Assembly: GCA_001786765.1 (NCBI GenBank)
Contig: MFTH01000010.1
Span: 34,105 to 98,104 of the forward strand
From: Candidatus Nomurabacteria bacterium RIFCSPHIGHO2_01_FULL_37_25
Lineage (GTDB): Bacteria; Patescibacteriota; Minisyncoccia; Phycocordibacterales; UBA9973
Reading direction: 5' to 3'
Length of the DNA stretch: 64,000 nt
In this document: piece by piece, positions 9,646 to 19,919 of the stretch
Numbering within the stretch: the first letter of the stretch is position 1
Layout of the letters: the number at the start of each line of letters is the position of its first letter
Program-made: the position numbers and the translations under genes
Notes under the pieces: model-generated
What the model was told of the DNA's origin: nothing
What the model saw: the letters and a program-made list of their open reading frames with translations, nothing else
The model's database searches: none

Positions 9646-10241
9646 GATTTTCTTTCTTTTTTCTCTTTTATAGTTTCGTAAACAATAGGTAAAACTGAAA
9701 CTAAAACAATCAATATAACAACATACGAAAGATAATCTTTAATCTGTGGAAATATTTGGCCCAAAAAATATCCTAAAAGAGTAACACTTGTTGACCATAA
9801 AAAAGAACTTATTAAACTATATTTGATAAACAAACTATATTTCATATGCGCAATTCCCGCCACTATGGGTACGAATGTTCGCGCTATTGGCACAAAACGA
9901 GAAAATATTACAGTAAACTTTCCGTGTTTGTCAAAAAAATTATGTGTTTTATTTATGTGTTCTTCTTTTAGAATTTTTCTAAAAAAATAAAACTGGTTTA
10001 GTTTTTTTAAATTAATACCTATTTCATACCCCATTATTCCACCAAGAAAAGTACTAATAAATATAAGAGGAATTAAAAAATAAATTTTTAATTCAAAAGC
10101 GTAAGCCAAAAGCCCCGCAGTAAAAAGCAAACTATCCCCGGGTAAAGCAAAAAATATCCCAGATTCTAAAAAAACAATGATAAAAATTCCTAGATATCCG
10201 TAGGTGGTAATAAGATATGGAATGTTGAAAAGTTGAGTCAT
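9642..10241 (-). CDS. dedA: DedA family membrane protein
   Basis: FLESG..LPGDSLLF, RFVPIARTF. Confidence 0.92.
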   Translation of the reverse strand: MTQLFNIPYLITTYGYLGIFIIVFLESGIFFALPGDSLLFTAGLLAYAFELKIYFLIPLIFISTFLGGIMGYEIGINLKKLNQFYFFRKILKEEHINKTHNFFDKHGKFTVIFSRFVPIARTFVPIVAGIAHMKYSLFIKYSLISSFLWSTSVTLLGYFLGQIFPQIKDYLSYVVILIVLVSVLPIVYETIKEKKERKS

Positions 10242-10352
10242 AAAATAATTTCAAATCCTGGAATGGAACACTATACAAAACATTGTTCTTAGGTGAAATA
10301 ATATTTTTCGGGACTTTAATATTGTAAATTAATTTAATAAATCAGCCGAGAA

Positions 10353-10571
10353 TTATAAATCATCGACCTTCAAACCGGTATGTTTTGCTATGCGCGATAA
10401 CATTTTTGAACCAAGTTCATCGTTGTTGTTAAAAGCCCAAATATAATTCGCATAGCCCACTTTTTCGAGTACCATGTGCGACGAACTTTTATGCCTTTTT
10501 ATTTCCCAGCCAATTTTAATCAGAGCTCTAAAGACTTTGCCTGCTTTACTGCTTGGCCACTTATTATTCAT
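10353..10571 (-). CDS. hicA: HicA-family toxin
   Basis: 72 aa basic, GW.....SSH motif, overlaps hicB stop. Confidence 0.75.
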   Translation of the reverse strand: MNNKWPSSKAGKVFRALIKIGWEIKRHKSSSHMVLEKVGYANYIWAFNNNDELGSKMLSRIAKHTGLKVDDL

Positions 10572-10792
10572 GACAAAGAGAAAGCAATATTAGAAAATCC
10601 AAAAACTTTATTACTTGTGTTTTCTTCTATTTCTTCCGCAATGATTCGAAACGTAAGCGCTTCCACATTTGCTTGAGCCTGTTCTTGAGTATCACCATAT
10701 GCAAGCACGCCCGGAATTTCGATAACTTCAGCAATCCACCTGCCATCTGTTTCTTGTTCTGTTTCTATTGTATATTTACGTTCGTTTAACAT
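10568..10792 (-). CDS. hicB: HicB-family antitoxin
   Basis: EQETDGRWIAEVIEIPGVLAYGDTQEQA. Confidence 0.85.
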   Translation of the reverse strand: MLNERKYTIETEQETDGRWIAEVIEIPGVLAYGDTQEQAQANVEALTFRIIAEEIEENTSNKVFGFSNIAFSLS

Positions 10793-10844
10793 AGGTATAT
10801 TTTAATATAGAAAAATTATTATTGCAAGCAACTTTTTTAATATG

Positions 10845-10915
10845 CGGGCGATGAGAGAATTGAACTCCCGACGTCGGTTTTGGAGACCGAAGTTATACCA
10901 CTTAACTAATCGCCC
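10845..10915 (-). tRNA. tRNA-Trp(CCA)
   Basis: GGGCGAT/ATCGCCC acceptor, TCGGT-CTCCAAA-ACCGA arm, GTTCAATT; no encoded CCA end. Confidence 0.93.
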
Positions 10916-10984
10916 TTATTTTGAAAACCAAACAATAAAGAACGACCAAAGCCGTCTCTAGTATAACAGAAAAGTGAGCAAAAT

Positions 10985-11143
10985 CTACTTTTTGGCCTCT
11001 TTATGCTTAGTTTGTTTACGGCACCAATTGCAGTATTTTTTGAGCTCGATTTTTTTAGTAACGAGTTTCTTGTTTTTACTAGACCAGTAATTTATTCGTT
11101 TACAAGTCTCACAGGCAAGTTTTATAAGTCTATCTTGTGACAT
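10985..11143 (-). CDS. rpmG: 50S ribosomal protein L33 (52 aa, Zn-ribbon; absent from ORF track)
   Basis: Manual translation MSQDRLIKLACETCKRINYWSSKNKKLVTKKIELKKYCNWCRKQTKHKEAKK. Confidence 0.93.
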   Translation of the reverse strand: MSQDRLIKLACETCKRINYWSSKNKKLVTKKIELKKYCNWCRKQTKHKEAKK

Positions 11144-11178
11144 AGATAGATATTAGTATAAAATTTTACTAAAAGCAA

Positions 11179-12321
11179 CTACTTAATGACCCTCGGCAGT
11201 AGCGAACTAATGCGAGTAGTTATCTCATAATTTATGGTGTCTAATTTGTTTGCTATTTCTTCTGCTGTAATTTCTTCCTTATTTTGGCATCCTAAAATTA
11301 CCACTTCATCTTCAATTTTTACATTAACCAAATGACTTATATCAACTGTGAACATATTCATTGATACTCTTCCAATAATTTCACATCTAGCGCCTTTTAT
11401 TAAAACTTCCCCCTTATTTGAAAGACCACGATCTACCCCGTCAGCATAACCTTGTGGAATTATAGCTATTTTTGTTGTTTTTTTTGTTTTATAAGTCAAT
11501 CCATATCCGATAGTGTTTCCTTTCGGTAAAATTTTAATTTGCGCGATTTTTGTTTTCCAAGACATTATCGGTTTTAAATTAAATTCAGAATTTTTATATG
11601 TAGATTTCAAGTATTCTGATGGCCACATACCATAAATAGAAAGACCGAGTCTCACAATAGAATTAATTCCTGTATTTTTTTCGTAAATTAAAGTACCAGA
11701 ACTTGCAGATATATGCGTCTCTAGATTTTTGAATCCATATGCATACGCAAGGCTTAAAGCTTTTTTATATTCGTTAATTTGCTTTTGCGCATGAGTAAAA
11801 TTGGCAGTGTCTTCGATGTTTGCAAAATGCGCGTATATGCCAGAAAATTTTATATATTTACTTTTTTTTATCTCTCGAAATAGTTCCGGTAAATCACACA
11901 ATAAAAACCCTTCCCGCCCCAGATACGCGTCAAATGGAATATGGATTTCTTGTCTTGTTTTAAGTTTTTGCGCTGTTTTGTTCAACTCTCTTAATTGTTC
12001 AATTGAAAAAATAGCCAATGTGCATCCTAGTTTCATTATCTCGATTAGATCTGTCTTTTGCACATACCCAAAAAGCAAAACTGATCTTTTGCTTACTTTA
12101 CGTAATAATTTTAATTCTTCGAGACTGTTTACAAAAAAGTAATCTACATATGGCTCAAGAATTTTGGCGACCTCATTCTGCCCATGACCATAAGCATTGC
12201 CTTTTATAACCACAGAAATTTTAGTTCCTTTTTTTATTAAATTCCTAAAATGCTTAACATTATGAATCAAATTTTTTTTAGAAATTTCAATATAAGAAAG
12301 TGGTAATTTTTTCTTTAACAT
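11179..12321 (-). CDS. alr: Alanine racemase
   Basis: VIKGNAYGHG, GYG, GYADG, GRVSMN, INYE. Confidence 0.95.
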   Translation of the reverse strand: MLKKKLPLSYIEISKKNLIHNVKHFRNLIKKGTKISVVIKGNAYGHGQNEVAKILEPYVDYFFVNSLEELKLLRKVSKRSVLLFGYVQKTDLIEIMKLGCTLAIFSIEQLRELNKTAQKLKTRQEIHIPFDAYLGREGFLLCDLPELFREIKKSKYIKFSGIYAHFANIEDTANFTHAQKQINEYKKALSLAYAYGFKNLETHISASSGTLIYEKNTGINSIVRLGLSIYGMWPSEYLKSTYKNSEFNLKPIMSWKTKIAQIKILPKGNTIGYGLTYKTKKTTKIAIIPQGYADGVDRGLSNKGEVLIKGARCEIIGRVSMNMFTVDISHLVNVKIEDEVVILGCQNKEEITAEEIANKLDTINYEITTRISSLLPRVIK

Positions 12322-12334
12322 ATTGGTATGATAT

Positions 12335-14752
12335 TTAATATCCTTTATTTTTTATCAAAAGCTCTAAAAATTCTTTTGGAAATATTGGTTTTTTTTCAGC
12401 TAATGCTTGATGATATAAAACCGTTGAAGGAGTAAGCCCCGGTAGAGTATTAATTTCAATTATTATAATATTGCCTGTTTTAATATGAACAAAGATGTCT
12501 ATTCTCGCATAACTCTTAACACCGACTCTCTCAGCAACCATTTCAATCAAACTTTTAACCTTATTTAAATTCTTTTCTGAAATAATTTCTTTAGGTGGTG
12601 GAGTAATGTTCACACCAGTACCTCCTTGAAATTTTTCTTCTACGCTTAATATCGTGTCTTCAGCAATGGTAATGGACGGTGAAAATGATCTGATTTTACC
12701 GTTCTCTTCAAAAACTCCAACTGTCATTTCCACATATCCGCTTTTAGGAATGTGTTTGATTTTGCCCCCATGCACTTTTAATTTATCCGTCTCAATAAAT
12801 GATTCAAAAATAATGTCTTGCACTTTTCCTTCAGGCATATCAATACTATTGATCTGATTTGTGAAAGTGTGTGGCTTGGCCACTTTAACTTTGTTTTTTA
12901 TTAAAGAAATATAAGTAGCCAAATCTTTTTTATTAAAAAGTCTAACCACGCCGGCTGAACAACCATCGCCCCTAGGTTTGCCAATAATCGTTTTTGTGCC
13001 AAATCTCTTTATAAGCATGTTCCAATGTGACTCTATGAGAGTATCATCCATATTGTTCGGAACATCATTTATCTTAAAAAGGGCATGCGAAGCAATGCTC
13101 ACATGTTCAATTTCTTCACTTTCTATTTTTTCATTTATCGCCCATTTATCCATACACAAATGAGAAGTAACGCTATCAGGTCCGTTGAAGATAACTTTTT
13201 TATCTTCTAAAATTTTCTGGATAGTGCCATCTTCACCTATCCCCCCATGTAAAGCTAAGAAAATAAATTTATGCTTTGTTATGACTTCATCCAAAGAATA
13301 TTTTTTAGGTATAAAAAAATCTTCAGTGGTGTCGGATTTTTCTAAACATAATTTTATTTTTATTTTTTCAATAAGATAAGAAAGCCTCTTAACATTTTTT
13401 TTCGCATTTTTAGCATTTTGAATTATTTCCTCAACAGTGTGATTGAGAATGTATGAGTAAGGAAGCTCCCAGACTTCTTTTTTTGGACCCAATAAATAAG
13501 GATAAGGTTTATAAATAAAAGAGCTACGTAATTTAAGCCAGACATTTGTGCCACTCATCAGTGAGACTTGCCTTTCGGCTGTTTCTCCGCCAAAAAGCAC
13601 TGCTAAAGGCTTGCGTTTTTTAGTAATAAAAATATTCTCGACAGATGTTTTAATTTTTCGACGTATAAACGCATTGTTCACAATATAGCGAAAAATATCT
13701 TGATGTGAAAAGCCAATTCTAGAGGATTGCTGAAACAAGAAACTATTCTGCTCCATACCAGAAATAGGATTAAAATCAGAAAACCAAATATTCCCGTCCG
13801 GCATTAAAAAACCATCAAAACGCGCGAAATCCCGCATACCAAAAACAGAAAATAATTGTTCTGCTTCAATTTGAATTTTTTCAATAATTTCGTTGCTAAA
13901 TCTCGGGGGACAATGATAAGTAACTTGATTGGTCGGCAGATATTTTTTACGAAAATCAAAAAATTGATTTTGATCATACTTCATTTCTACCTCTGAAGGT
14001 ATAAGAGCAACAGGCCTATTAAATTTGTTTTGTAATATAATTACGGTAAATTCTTTTCCATCAACAAAAGGCTCTATCACTACGCGAGTGTCTATACGCT
14101 TACTAAATAAACTTAAAGTCGCCTCAACTGCGTCTTTAATGTTCTCCACAGAGAAAACACCAATACTAGACCCACCAGAAGCTGGTTTTACTATTGCGCG
14201 ATTTATTTTTTCTTTTTTCCAGAATTTATTTACCTTGTTGATAATTTCTTTTTTAGTATCAGTAATTTTTATAACAATAGAATTCGGAGCATAAAAATGA
14301 AGTGAACGAAGATATTCATTTGCTTTATATTTATCAAAAGATATTTTGCAACTTTTTGATGAAGATCCGATAAATTGAATCCGATGTTTTTCTAAAAAAC
14401 TTTGAATCTCTCCGTCTTCACCAAATGATCCGTGAATACAAGGGAAAACAATATCAACACTTTTTAAAATACGAACAAGCGCTGATTCTTTTAGTTTGGA
14501 TTTATTGTCCAACTTAAAATCAAAATCGCTTGGAGTATTGGAATACAATTGAGCAATGGATATTTTATAAGGCTTTTTATGTTCATTGAAATAAATTGGA
14601 ACAATTGTCACATTTTGACTTCCCAGGTGATCTAAGACACTTCGAGCAGAGTTCATAGATATACCCCTCTCTAGCGATGGCCCACCACATAATACAGCTA
14701 CAGAAACTTTTTCATCTTTATTTTTTATGGATTTTTTATACATTTTTTGCAA
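12335..14752 (-). CDS. ddl: Two-domain D-Ala-D-Ala ligase family protein
   Basis: Two ATP-grasp units: GGPSLERGIS/HGSFGEDG and GGETAERQVS/HGGIGEDG/EINTLPG. Confidence 0.88.
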   Translation of the reverse strand: MQKMYKKSIKNKDEKVSVAVLCGGPSLERGISMNSARSVLDHLGSQNVTIVPIYFNEHKKPYKISIAQLYSNTPSDFDFKLDNKSKLKESALVRILKSVDIVFPCIHGSFGEDGEIQSFLEKHRIQFIGSSSKSCKISFDKYKANEYLRSLHFYAPNSIVIKITDTKKEIINKVNKFWKKEKINRAIVKPASGGSSIGVFSVENIKDAVEATLSLFSKRIDTRVVIEPFVDGKEFTVIILQNKFNRPVALIPSEVEMKYDQNQFFDFRKKYLPTNQVTYHCPPRFSNEIIEKIQIEAEQLFSVFGMRDFARFDGFLMPDGNIWFSDFNPISGMEQNSFLFQQSSRIGFSHQDIFRYIVNNAFIRRKIKTSVENIFITKKRKPLAVLFGGETAERQVSLMSGTNVWLKLRSSFIYKPYPYLLGPKKEVWELPYSYILNHTVEEIIQNAKNAKKNVKRLSYLIEKIKIKLCLEKSDTTEDFFIPKKYSLDEVITKHKFIFLALHGGIGEDGTIQKILEDKKVIFNGPDSVTSHLCMDKWAINEKIESEEIEHVSIASHALFKINDVPNNMDDTLIESHWNMLIKRFGTKTIIGKPRGDGCSAGVVRLFNKKDLATYISLIKNKVKVAKPHTFTNQINSIDMPEGKVQDIIFESFIETDKLKVHGGKIKHIPKSGYVEMTVGVFEENGKIRSFSPSITIAEDTILSVEEKFQGGTGVNITPPPKEIISEKNLNKVKSLIEMVAERVGVKSYARIDIFVHIKTGNIIIIEINTLPGLTPSTVLYHQALAEKKPIFPKEFLELLIKNKGY

Positions 14753-14855
14753 AAAATTATTTTTAATACACCCTTTAATATAAAGGAAAAAATAAAAAAG
14801 TCAAAAAATAATGTGGATAACTTAATTTTTTTGCAAAAAAATAAGTAGAAAGTTT

Positions 14856-15578
14856 TTAAACATTTATTATTGCACTTTGAAGATCTCTAGGAACTTTAGT
14901 TAGATTCTTATAGCCATTTTTTGTAATTAAAATCATGTCTTCAATTCGCACTCCGCCGAAACCTTTTAAATATATTCCGGGTTCAACAGTCACCACACAA
15001 CCCGCTGGAAGAATATCTTCACTTTTTGGTTTTAAATTTGGCCATTCGTGAATGACGGTGCCTACCCCATGACCAAGACCGTGTTTAAAATTATTTTTAA
15101 ATTTTTTAGCCAAAAATTCTCTTGCTATTTTATCTATCACTTTTGCTCTTCTTTCCCCTTTTTGTATTTTCTTGATGGCTCTATTTTGGGCTTCTAACAC
15201 TGCTAAATATATTTTCTTTTGTTTAGCATTAGGTTCGCCAAAAAAATATGTACGGGTCATGTCGGAACAATAATGATTTACAGTTGTGCCAATATCAAAC
15301 ATTATTATGTCGCCTTTTTTTAACTTAGTTTTATTAGGTTCGTTATGAATGTTTGCTGTATTTTTACCAAAAGCAACTATAGGAGGGAAAGATAATACCG
15401 GCGCGCCTAACTTTATAAATCTTTTTGTTATAAATTCTGCTATCGCTGATTCTGTAACATTGATCTTTAATTTTCCTAAAGCTTCTCTTAGCACTCTCTC
15501 GCTGATTCTTTGCGCTCTAACTATGTTCGCCAGTTCCCTTTTACTTTTTACTGCCCTGACTTCCTGAATCAATTTCAT
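14856..15578 (-). CDS. M24 Xaa-Pro aminopeptidase (catalytic domain)
   Basis: YCSDMTRT, HGLGHGVG..HE, VEPGIY, GGVRIED. Confidence 0.9.
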   Translation of the reverse strand: MKLIQEVRAVKSKRELANIVRAQRISERVLREALGKLKINVTESAIAEFITKRFIKLGAPVLSFPPIVAFGKNTANIHNEPNKTKLKKGDIIMFDIGTTVNHYCSDMTRTYFFGEPNAKQKKIYLAVLEAQNRAIKKIQKGERRAKVIDKIAREFLAKKFKNNFKHGLGHGVGTVIHEWPNLKPKSEDILPAGCVVTVEPGIYLKGFGGVRIEDMILITKNGYKNLTKVPRDLQSAIINV

Positions 15579-15598
15579 TTTTTATATTTTACTTACAA

Positions 15599-15614
15599 CT
15601 CTGCGATAGCAGAG
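15599..15614. repeat. CTCTGCGATAGCAGAG hairpin
   Basis: Identical copy inside rsmI at 20398-20413. Confidence 0.55.
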
Positions 15615-15641
15615 ATATAAGTATTAAGGGTATATTAAATA

Positions 15642-16757
15642 TTAAAACAATTTAGTTACATCGTAATAAGTGATAATCAGCATCAAAAGTATTAAAATAC
15701 TAAAACCAATCATATTGATAGCATTGACTACCTTTGGATTAATGCGCGAACCTTTTATTTTTTCAATCAATAAAAAGAAAAGTCGCCCGCCATCTAACGC
15801 CGGGAAAGGAAGCAGATTTATAATTGCAAGATTAACAGAAATAAGCGCCATAAAAGACAGGAGATAAACAAAGCCGAATTCATAAGCATTGCCTACTATA
15901 CCCACTATGCCCACAGGACCTGTAACTGACGCAAAGCTACCTTTGCCGTATAATCCATCTACAACAAGCGTATAAAGTCCCAAAACTGTATCTTTAACCA
16001 CAAACAAAGTGAGACGCATTCCTTCTTTAAAAGCTGAAAAAATAGGTAATTTTGCTATTCCAATCATATCCATAGATATGCCTATTCTAATTTCTCCATC
16101 GATAGAATCTTTATGTGGTATTACTTTTGTAATATGAACATTTTTGTCTTTTCCTCGCAGATATCCTATTTCAATTTCTTCTTCTGGATGCAAAGTTATA
16201 AAAGATTTCAAAGTATTGGGATTAATATTATCCAAACCTGTCTGTCCATAGAGAGCAACTGGAGTTTTTACTGAAATTATTTTATCTCCTGACTTAAGAA
16301 GAGCTTTATCCGCAGGAGAATCAACCATAACAGAAACGACTGTCAAATTCACATCGTCTAGCTTATAACCTAACGGTTCACTGCCGACAGACGTCGGAAA
16401 TCCAGACATAAAACCAATAGAAAATAAAATCCAGGCCAATATAAAATTCGCAAATACTCCAGCAAATAAAACTATGGCTTGTTTCCATTTTGCTTTATTA
16501 ACAAAACTTCTTTCCTTGTCAGGACCACTTGTGTTTTCATCATCCGGATTTTCACCAAAAATTTTCACAAATCCGCCAAGCGGTAAAAGATTGAAAGTAT
16601 ATTCTGTCTCTCCATATTTGCGACCAAATAATTTCGGTGGAAAACCAAAACCAAATTCATCAACTCTAATATCAAACTTCTTCGCAGTAAAAAAATGTCC
16701 AAACTCGTGAACTACGACTAACACTAAAAGAATAATCAAAAAAATTAAAATATTCAT
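15642..16757 (-). CDS. rseP: RseP-like site-2 protease with PDZ
   Basis: HEFGH, PLGGFV, NLLPFPALDGG. Confidence 0.93.
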   Translation of the reverse strand: MNILIFLIILLVLVVVHEFGHFFTAKKFDIRVDEFGFGFPPKLFGRKYGETEYTFNLLPLGGFVKIFGENPDDENTSGPDKERSFVNKAKWKQAIVLFAGVFANFILAWILFSIGFMSGFPTSVGSEPLGYKLDDVNLTVVSVMVDSPADKALLKSGDKIISVKTPVALYGQTGLDNINPNTLKSFITLHPEEEIEIGYLRGKDKNVHITKVIPHKDSIDGEIRIGISMDMIGIAKLPIFSAFKEGMRLTLFVVKDTVLGLYTLVVDGLYGKGSFASVTGPVGIVGIVGNAYEFGFVYLLSFMALISVNLAIINLLPFPALDGGRLFFLLIEKIKGSRINPKVVNAINMIGFSILILLMLIITYYDVTKLF

Positions 16758-16767
16758 CCTGTTAAAA
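16757..16767. repeat. Degenerate single arm of the start-codon element at the rseP ATG
   Basis: Minus strand TTTTAACAGG-ATGAA versus consensus CTAACGGG-ATGA; partner arm absent. Confidence 0.4.
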
Positions 16768-16814
16768 ATTCACTAATAAATAATATTTTATTGCGATATG
16801 TATTTTCCATGTTT

Positions 16815-17366
16815 TTATCCCATTACTTCCTTTTGTTTTTTCTCAAAACTTGCTTCTAAATTTCTGTTTATTTCATCAACAATCTTTTGTAATTCTTCTT
16901 TTGCTTTGAACTTTTCATCTTCTGTTAATTTTCCTTCTTTTTGTTTTGCCTGAATATCTTCCCAAATACGCTCGCGCTCGCGACGCGCTGTAATCCTCTC
17001 TCCCTCTAATTTTTCTTTTAAGACTTTTACTAGAGTCTGTCTCGTTTCCGTAGTTAACTGTGGAAAAATAACCCTAAGACCTAAATCATCAGTAGCAACT
17101 GAAAGACCTAAGTTAGCGCCAACTATAGCTTTTTCTATGTCTTTAATTTGACTTTTATCCCACGGCGCAATACGTAAAGTCTTCGGGTCTTCAATGGAGA
17201 TGTTGGCTATATTATTTAACGGAACATGCGAACCATACGATAAAACATTCACTCCATCAAGCACCATAGGCGACGCTCGTCCGATGTTTAATTGACTGTA
17301 TTCTTTGCCCAAAAATTCCTCTACTTTTTTTAATTCTATTTTAAAATTTGAAAAATTATATTGCAT
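16815..17366 (-). CDS. frr: Ribosome recycling factor
   Basis: GRASP, I.PWDK, PQLTTETR. Confidence 0.95.
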   Translation of the reverse strand: MQYNFSNFKIELKKVEEFLGKEYSQLNIGRASPMVLDGVNVLSYGSHVPLNNIANISIEDPKTLRIAPWDKSQIKDIEKAIVGANLGLSVATDDLGLRVIFPQLTTETRQTLVKVLKEKLEGERITARRERERIWEDIQAKQKEGKLTEDEKFKAKEELQKIVDEINRNLEASFEKKQKEVMG

Positions 17367-17378
17367 ATTTTTATTGTA

Positions 17379-18158
17379 TCACAAATTAGGAACTATTAAC
17401 GCCACAGATTCCATCAAAGTCTTAACGGAACTTCCGGGCATACGGAGAAATTCTCTAACTTTGAAAAAATGTTGCAAGCAAATTTGTAAAGAATTTTGAA
17501 CAATGTGGGTCCCGCTCGGTACTCCGAGAAGGGTCAAGCCGGAAAAATTCTTTACAAATTTGCTATGCAAAACAGCTTCTAATATATTTAAAAATTTTAG
17601 AGCTTTTGAACGAGTAGAATCTAAAGCAACAATTTCGTTGCCCTCCGCATCTTGCTCTTCTGTTTCGATTAATAATTCTTTAATAAAATCTATTCTTTTC
17701 TGTAAAGGCATACTGATAAATTTCTCTGCCTCTTGCCTTTCCATAGCTAGGTCTTCCATAGCTAGGTCTTGCCTAGCTGGAATTACGTAAAATCTAGAAA
17801 CAAGAGTCTTTAAGAGAGAATTAGCATCCGGCGCAACTAGAAAAAAATGCGTATTTTCTATTGGCTCCTCAAACATTTTCAGTAAAACATTTTGCGCATC
17901 TAAAGAAAAACTATTGACACAAATAACGAATATCTTTTTCTCGGAAGTAAAACTTTTATCCGTTGACATCGCGCGCAAATTAAATGCTTCATCTATTTTA
18001 AAATTATCAATTGTAATCTGACAAAAATCAGGGTTACCGGAAATTTTAATATTTAAATCTCTGCAGAATTTCAGTATTTCCGGCACAATGTTGTTTTTGT
18101 CCCCTTCAATAAGATAGGCGTGGTGTAAATTGTCTTTGTCTAAATGTTCTTTTATCAT
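17379..18158 (-). CDS. holB: DNA polymerase III delta' (HolB)-like protein with in-frame insertions
   Basis: HHAYLIEG, AQNVLLKMFEEP, LLKTLVSR. Confidence 0.75.
   Translation of the reverse strand: MIKEHLDKDNLHHAYLIEGDKNNIVPEILKFCRDLNIKISGNPDFCQITIDNFKIDEAFNLRAMSTDKSFTSEKKIFVICVNSFSLDAQNVLLKMFEEPIENTHFFLVAPDANSLLKTLVSRFYVIPARQDLAMEDLAMERQEAEKFISMPLQKRIDFIKELLIETEEQDAEGNEIVALDSTRSKALKFLNILEAVLHSKFVKNFSGLTLLGVPSGTHIVQNSLQICLQHFFKVREFLRMPGSSVKTLMESVALIVPNL
17478..17564. repeat. Foldback element in frame in holB
   Basis: Perfect 20-bp IR GCAAATTTGTAAAGAATTTT / AAAATTCTTTACAAATTTGC around a GC-rich core. Confidence 0.75.
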
Positions 18159-18188
18159 ACTGTTTATAAAATTGAAAACAATTTATTT

Positions 18189-19202
18189 CTACCTTTTATT
18201 TAAGAATGTTTTTTTGTACACATCCAAATGTTCGAGCGCTATGCCTGTGCCCTTAACTACGCAAAAAAGCGGATCCTCAGCCAAAGTCGCTTTCACCCCT
18301 ATTTTTTGATAAACCAAGTCAGTAATATTCCGCAAGAGAGATGACCCTCCAGTCATTATAATCCCTTGATCTATAATGTCCGATGCAAGTTCTGGCGGAG
18401 TTTCTTGCAACACATCTTTGATTGCTTTTATTATTTGTTTTAATTCTCCGTCTATCGCGCGCACTATTTCATTAGTTCCCACTCGCGCAGATCTAGGCAA
18501 CCCTTGAATGAAATCTCTGCCTTTTATGGTTACACTAAGTTCTTCCTCTAAAATTACAGCCGCGCCGATTTTTATTTTTACTTCTTCTGCTGTTCTGTCG
18601 CCTACTATTAAATTAAAAGTTTTTTTGATGTAATCAGCTATCGCTTGATCTATTTTATTCCCAGCGCATTTAACAGATGTAGAAGACACAATTCCACCGA
18701 GAGAGATAACTGCCACATCAGTTGTGCCCCCACCTATATCGACAACCATATGACCTTTTGATTCATAAATCGGAATACCAGCGCCAATGGCCGCCAATAT
18801 CGGCTCTTTTACCACATAAGCATTCTTTGCGCCTGCGCGTATTGTCGCTTCTATGACTGCTCTCCTTTCAGTAGAAGTAATACCGGCTGGAACCGAAACC
18901 ATCACATCCGGTTTTAAAAAATTAAACTGCCCCATCGCTTTATTTATAAAATAATACAACATCGCTTCTGTCACACGATAATCCGCAATGACGCCATCTT
19001 TCATCGGACAATAGACGATAATGGATTCTGGCGTTTTGCCAATCATGTCTTTAGCTTCAAAGCCAATAGCTAAAATCTTATTATCTTGTTCCGAAACTGC
19101 CACCACAGAAGGTTCATTTAAAACGATTCCCTTGCCGGGCAAAAGCACCAGAGTATTGGCTGTTCCTAAATCTATGCCTAATTTTTTTGTAAAAATACTC
19201 AT
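18189..19202 (-). CDS. mreB: Rod shape-determining protein MreB
   Basis: GIDLGTANT, VDIGGGTT, TPPELASD, TGGSSLL. Confidence 0.97.
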   Translation of the reverse strand: MSIFTKKLGIDLGTANTLVLLPGKGIVLNEPSVVAVSEQDNKILAIGFEAKDMIGKTPESIIVYCPMKDGVIADYRVTEAMLYYFINKAMGQFNFLKPDVMVSVPAGITSTERRAVIEATIRAGAKNAYVVKEPILAAIGAGIPIYESKGHMVVDIGGGTTDVAVISLGGIVSSTSVKCAGNKIDQAIADYIKKTFNLIVGDRTAEEVKIKIGAAVILEEELSVTIKGRDFIQGLPRSARVGTNEIVRAIDGELKQIIKAIKDVLQETPPELASDIIDQGIIMTGGSSLLRNITDLVYQKIGVKATLAEDPLFCVVKGTGIALEHLDVYKKTFLNKR

Positions 19203-19285
19203 CCCGTTAGAAGCAAGCCGCAGTCAAAAAACCACGACTAAACTCAATCATAGCTATTAAATTGCGACCACAGCTTCTAACGGGA
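19202..19285. mobile_element. Start-codon element at mreB
   Basis: Perfect 13-bp TIR TCCCGTTAGAAGC; TSD CTCA at 19198-19201 and 19286-19289. Confidence 0.9.
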
Positions 19286-19326
19286 CTCATAAAAGTAATA
19301 TATCATATATATGTTAAAATAAAAGT

Positions 19327-19662
19327 ATGAATGATGAAGAGAAAAATGACGCAAAAGATGGACTCGAAAATCCTTTCAAAGGATACTTGGCAAATTTGCA
19401 AAAACATAAATCTGCTATCAACCCAGTTCACGAGATCGTGAACTGCTACTACAAAATGAACGGATGGGAAAAAATGCCGAAAGAATTTTATACAGGAAGA
19501 TACGCTTACAACAAGCTAGCAAGTGAAGCTAAAAAATTATATGAAGCATGCAATGAAGTTTTAGATGACTGTATTTGGGCTTTAGATAAAATGAAGTATT
19601 TGGCAGAAAAAGGAAAATTCGACTGGTCTATCATTACCTGCTTGAAACATAAGTTGAAATAG
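19327..19662 (+). CDS. Hypothetical protein
   Basis: 111-aa ORF preceded by TGTTAAAAT. Confidence 0.75.
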   Translation: MNDEEKNDAKDGLENPFKGYLANLQKHKSAINPVHEIVNCYYKMNGWEKMPKEFYTGRYAYNKLASEAKKLYEACNEVLDDCIWALDKMKYLAEKGKFDWSIITCLKHKLK

Positions 19663-19712
19663 TTTGCGAATTTTTTTATGTGTGTTATAGTCCTAATGAA
19701 AGGAGAGTAGAT

Positions 19713-19907
19713 ATGCAACATTATTTGTACATACTCTATGATGGGGGAAACCCCCGGGTGGTTTTCTTTGAGGGAGAAAAAAACGTAATTCTAGCTCGGC
19801 AACGAGCCGAGCGAGAATACGGAGAAGGAGGGAGGTTGTTCGTGGAGCTGGAGAAAGAGGAACAACCTCCAGCAACTGATGAAGAAATGATGGAGGAGCA
19901 TTATTAA
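19713..19907 (+). CDS. Small acidic hypothetical protein
   Basis: SD AAAGGAG before ATG 19713; terminator follows. Confidence 0.65.
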   Translation: MQHYLYILYDGGNPRVVFFEGEKNVILARQRAEREYGEGGRLFVELEKEEQPPATDEEMMEEHY

Positions 19908-19919
19908 TACTCAAACACA

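Noticed and set aside
16234-16264. Degenerate CCTGCC-family insert in rseP (PVALYGQTG)
   Set aside because: Too diverged to support without an orthologue alignment.
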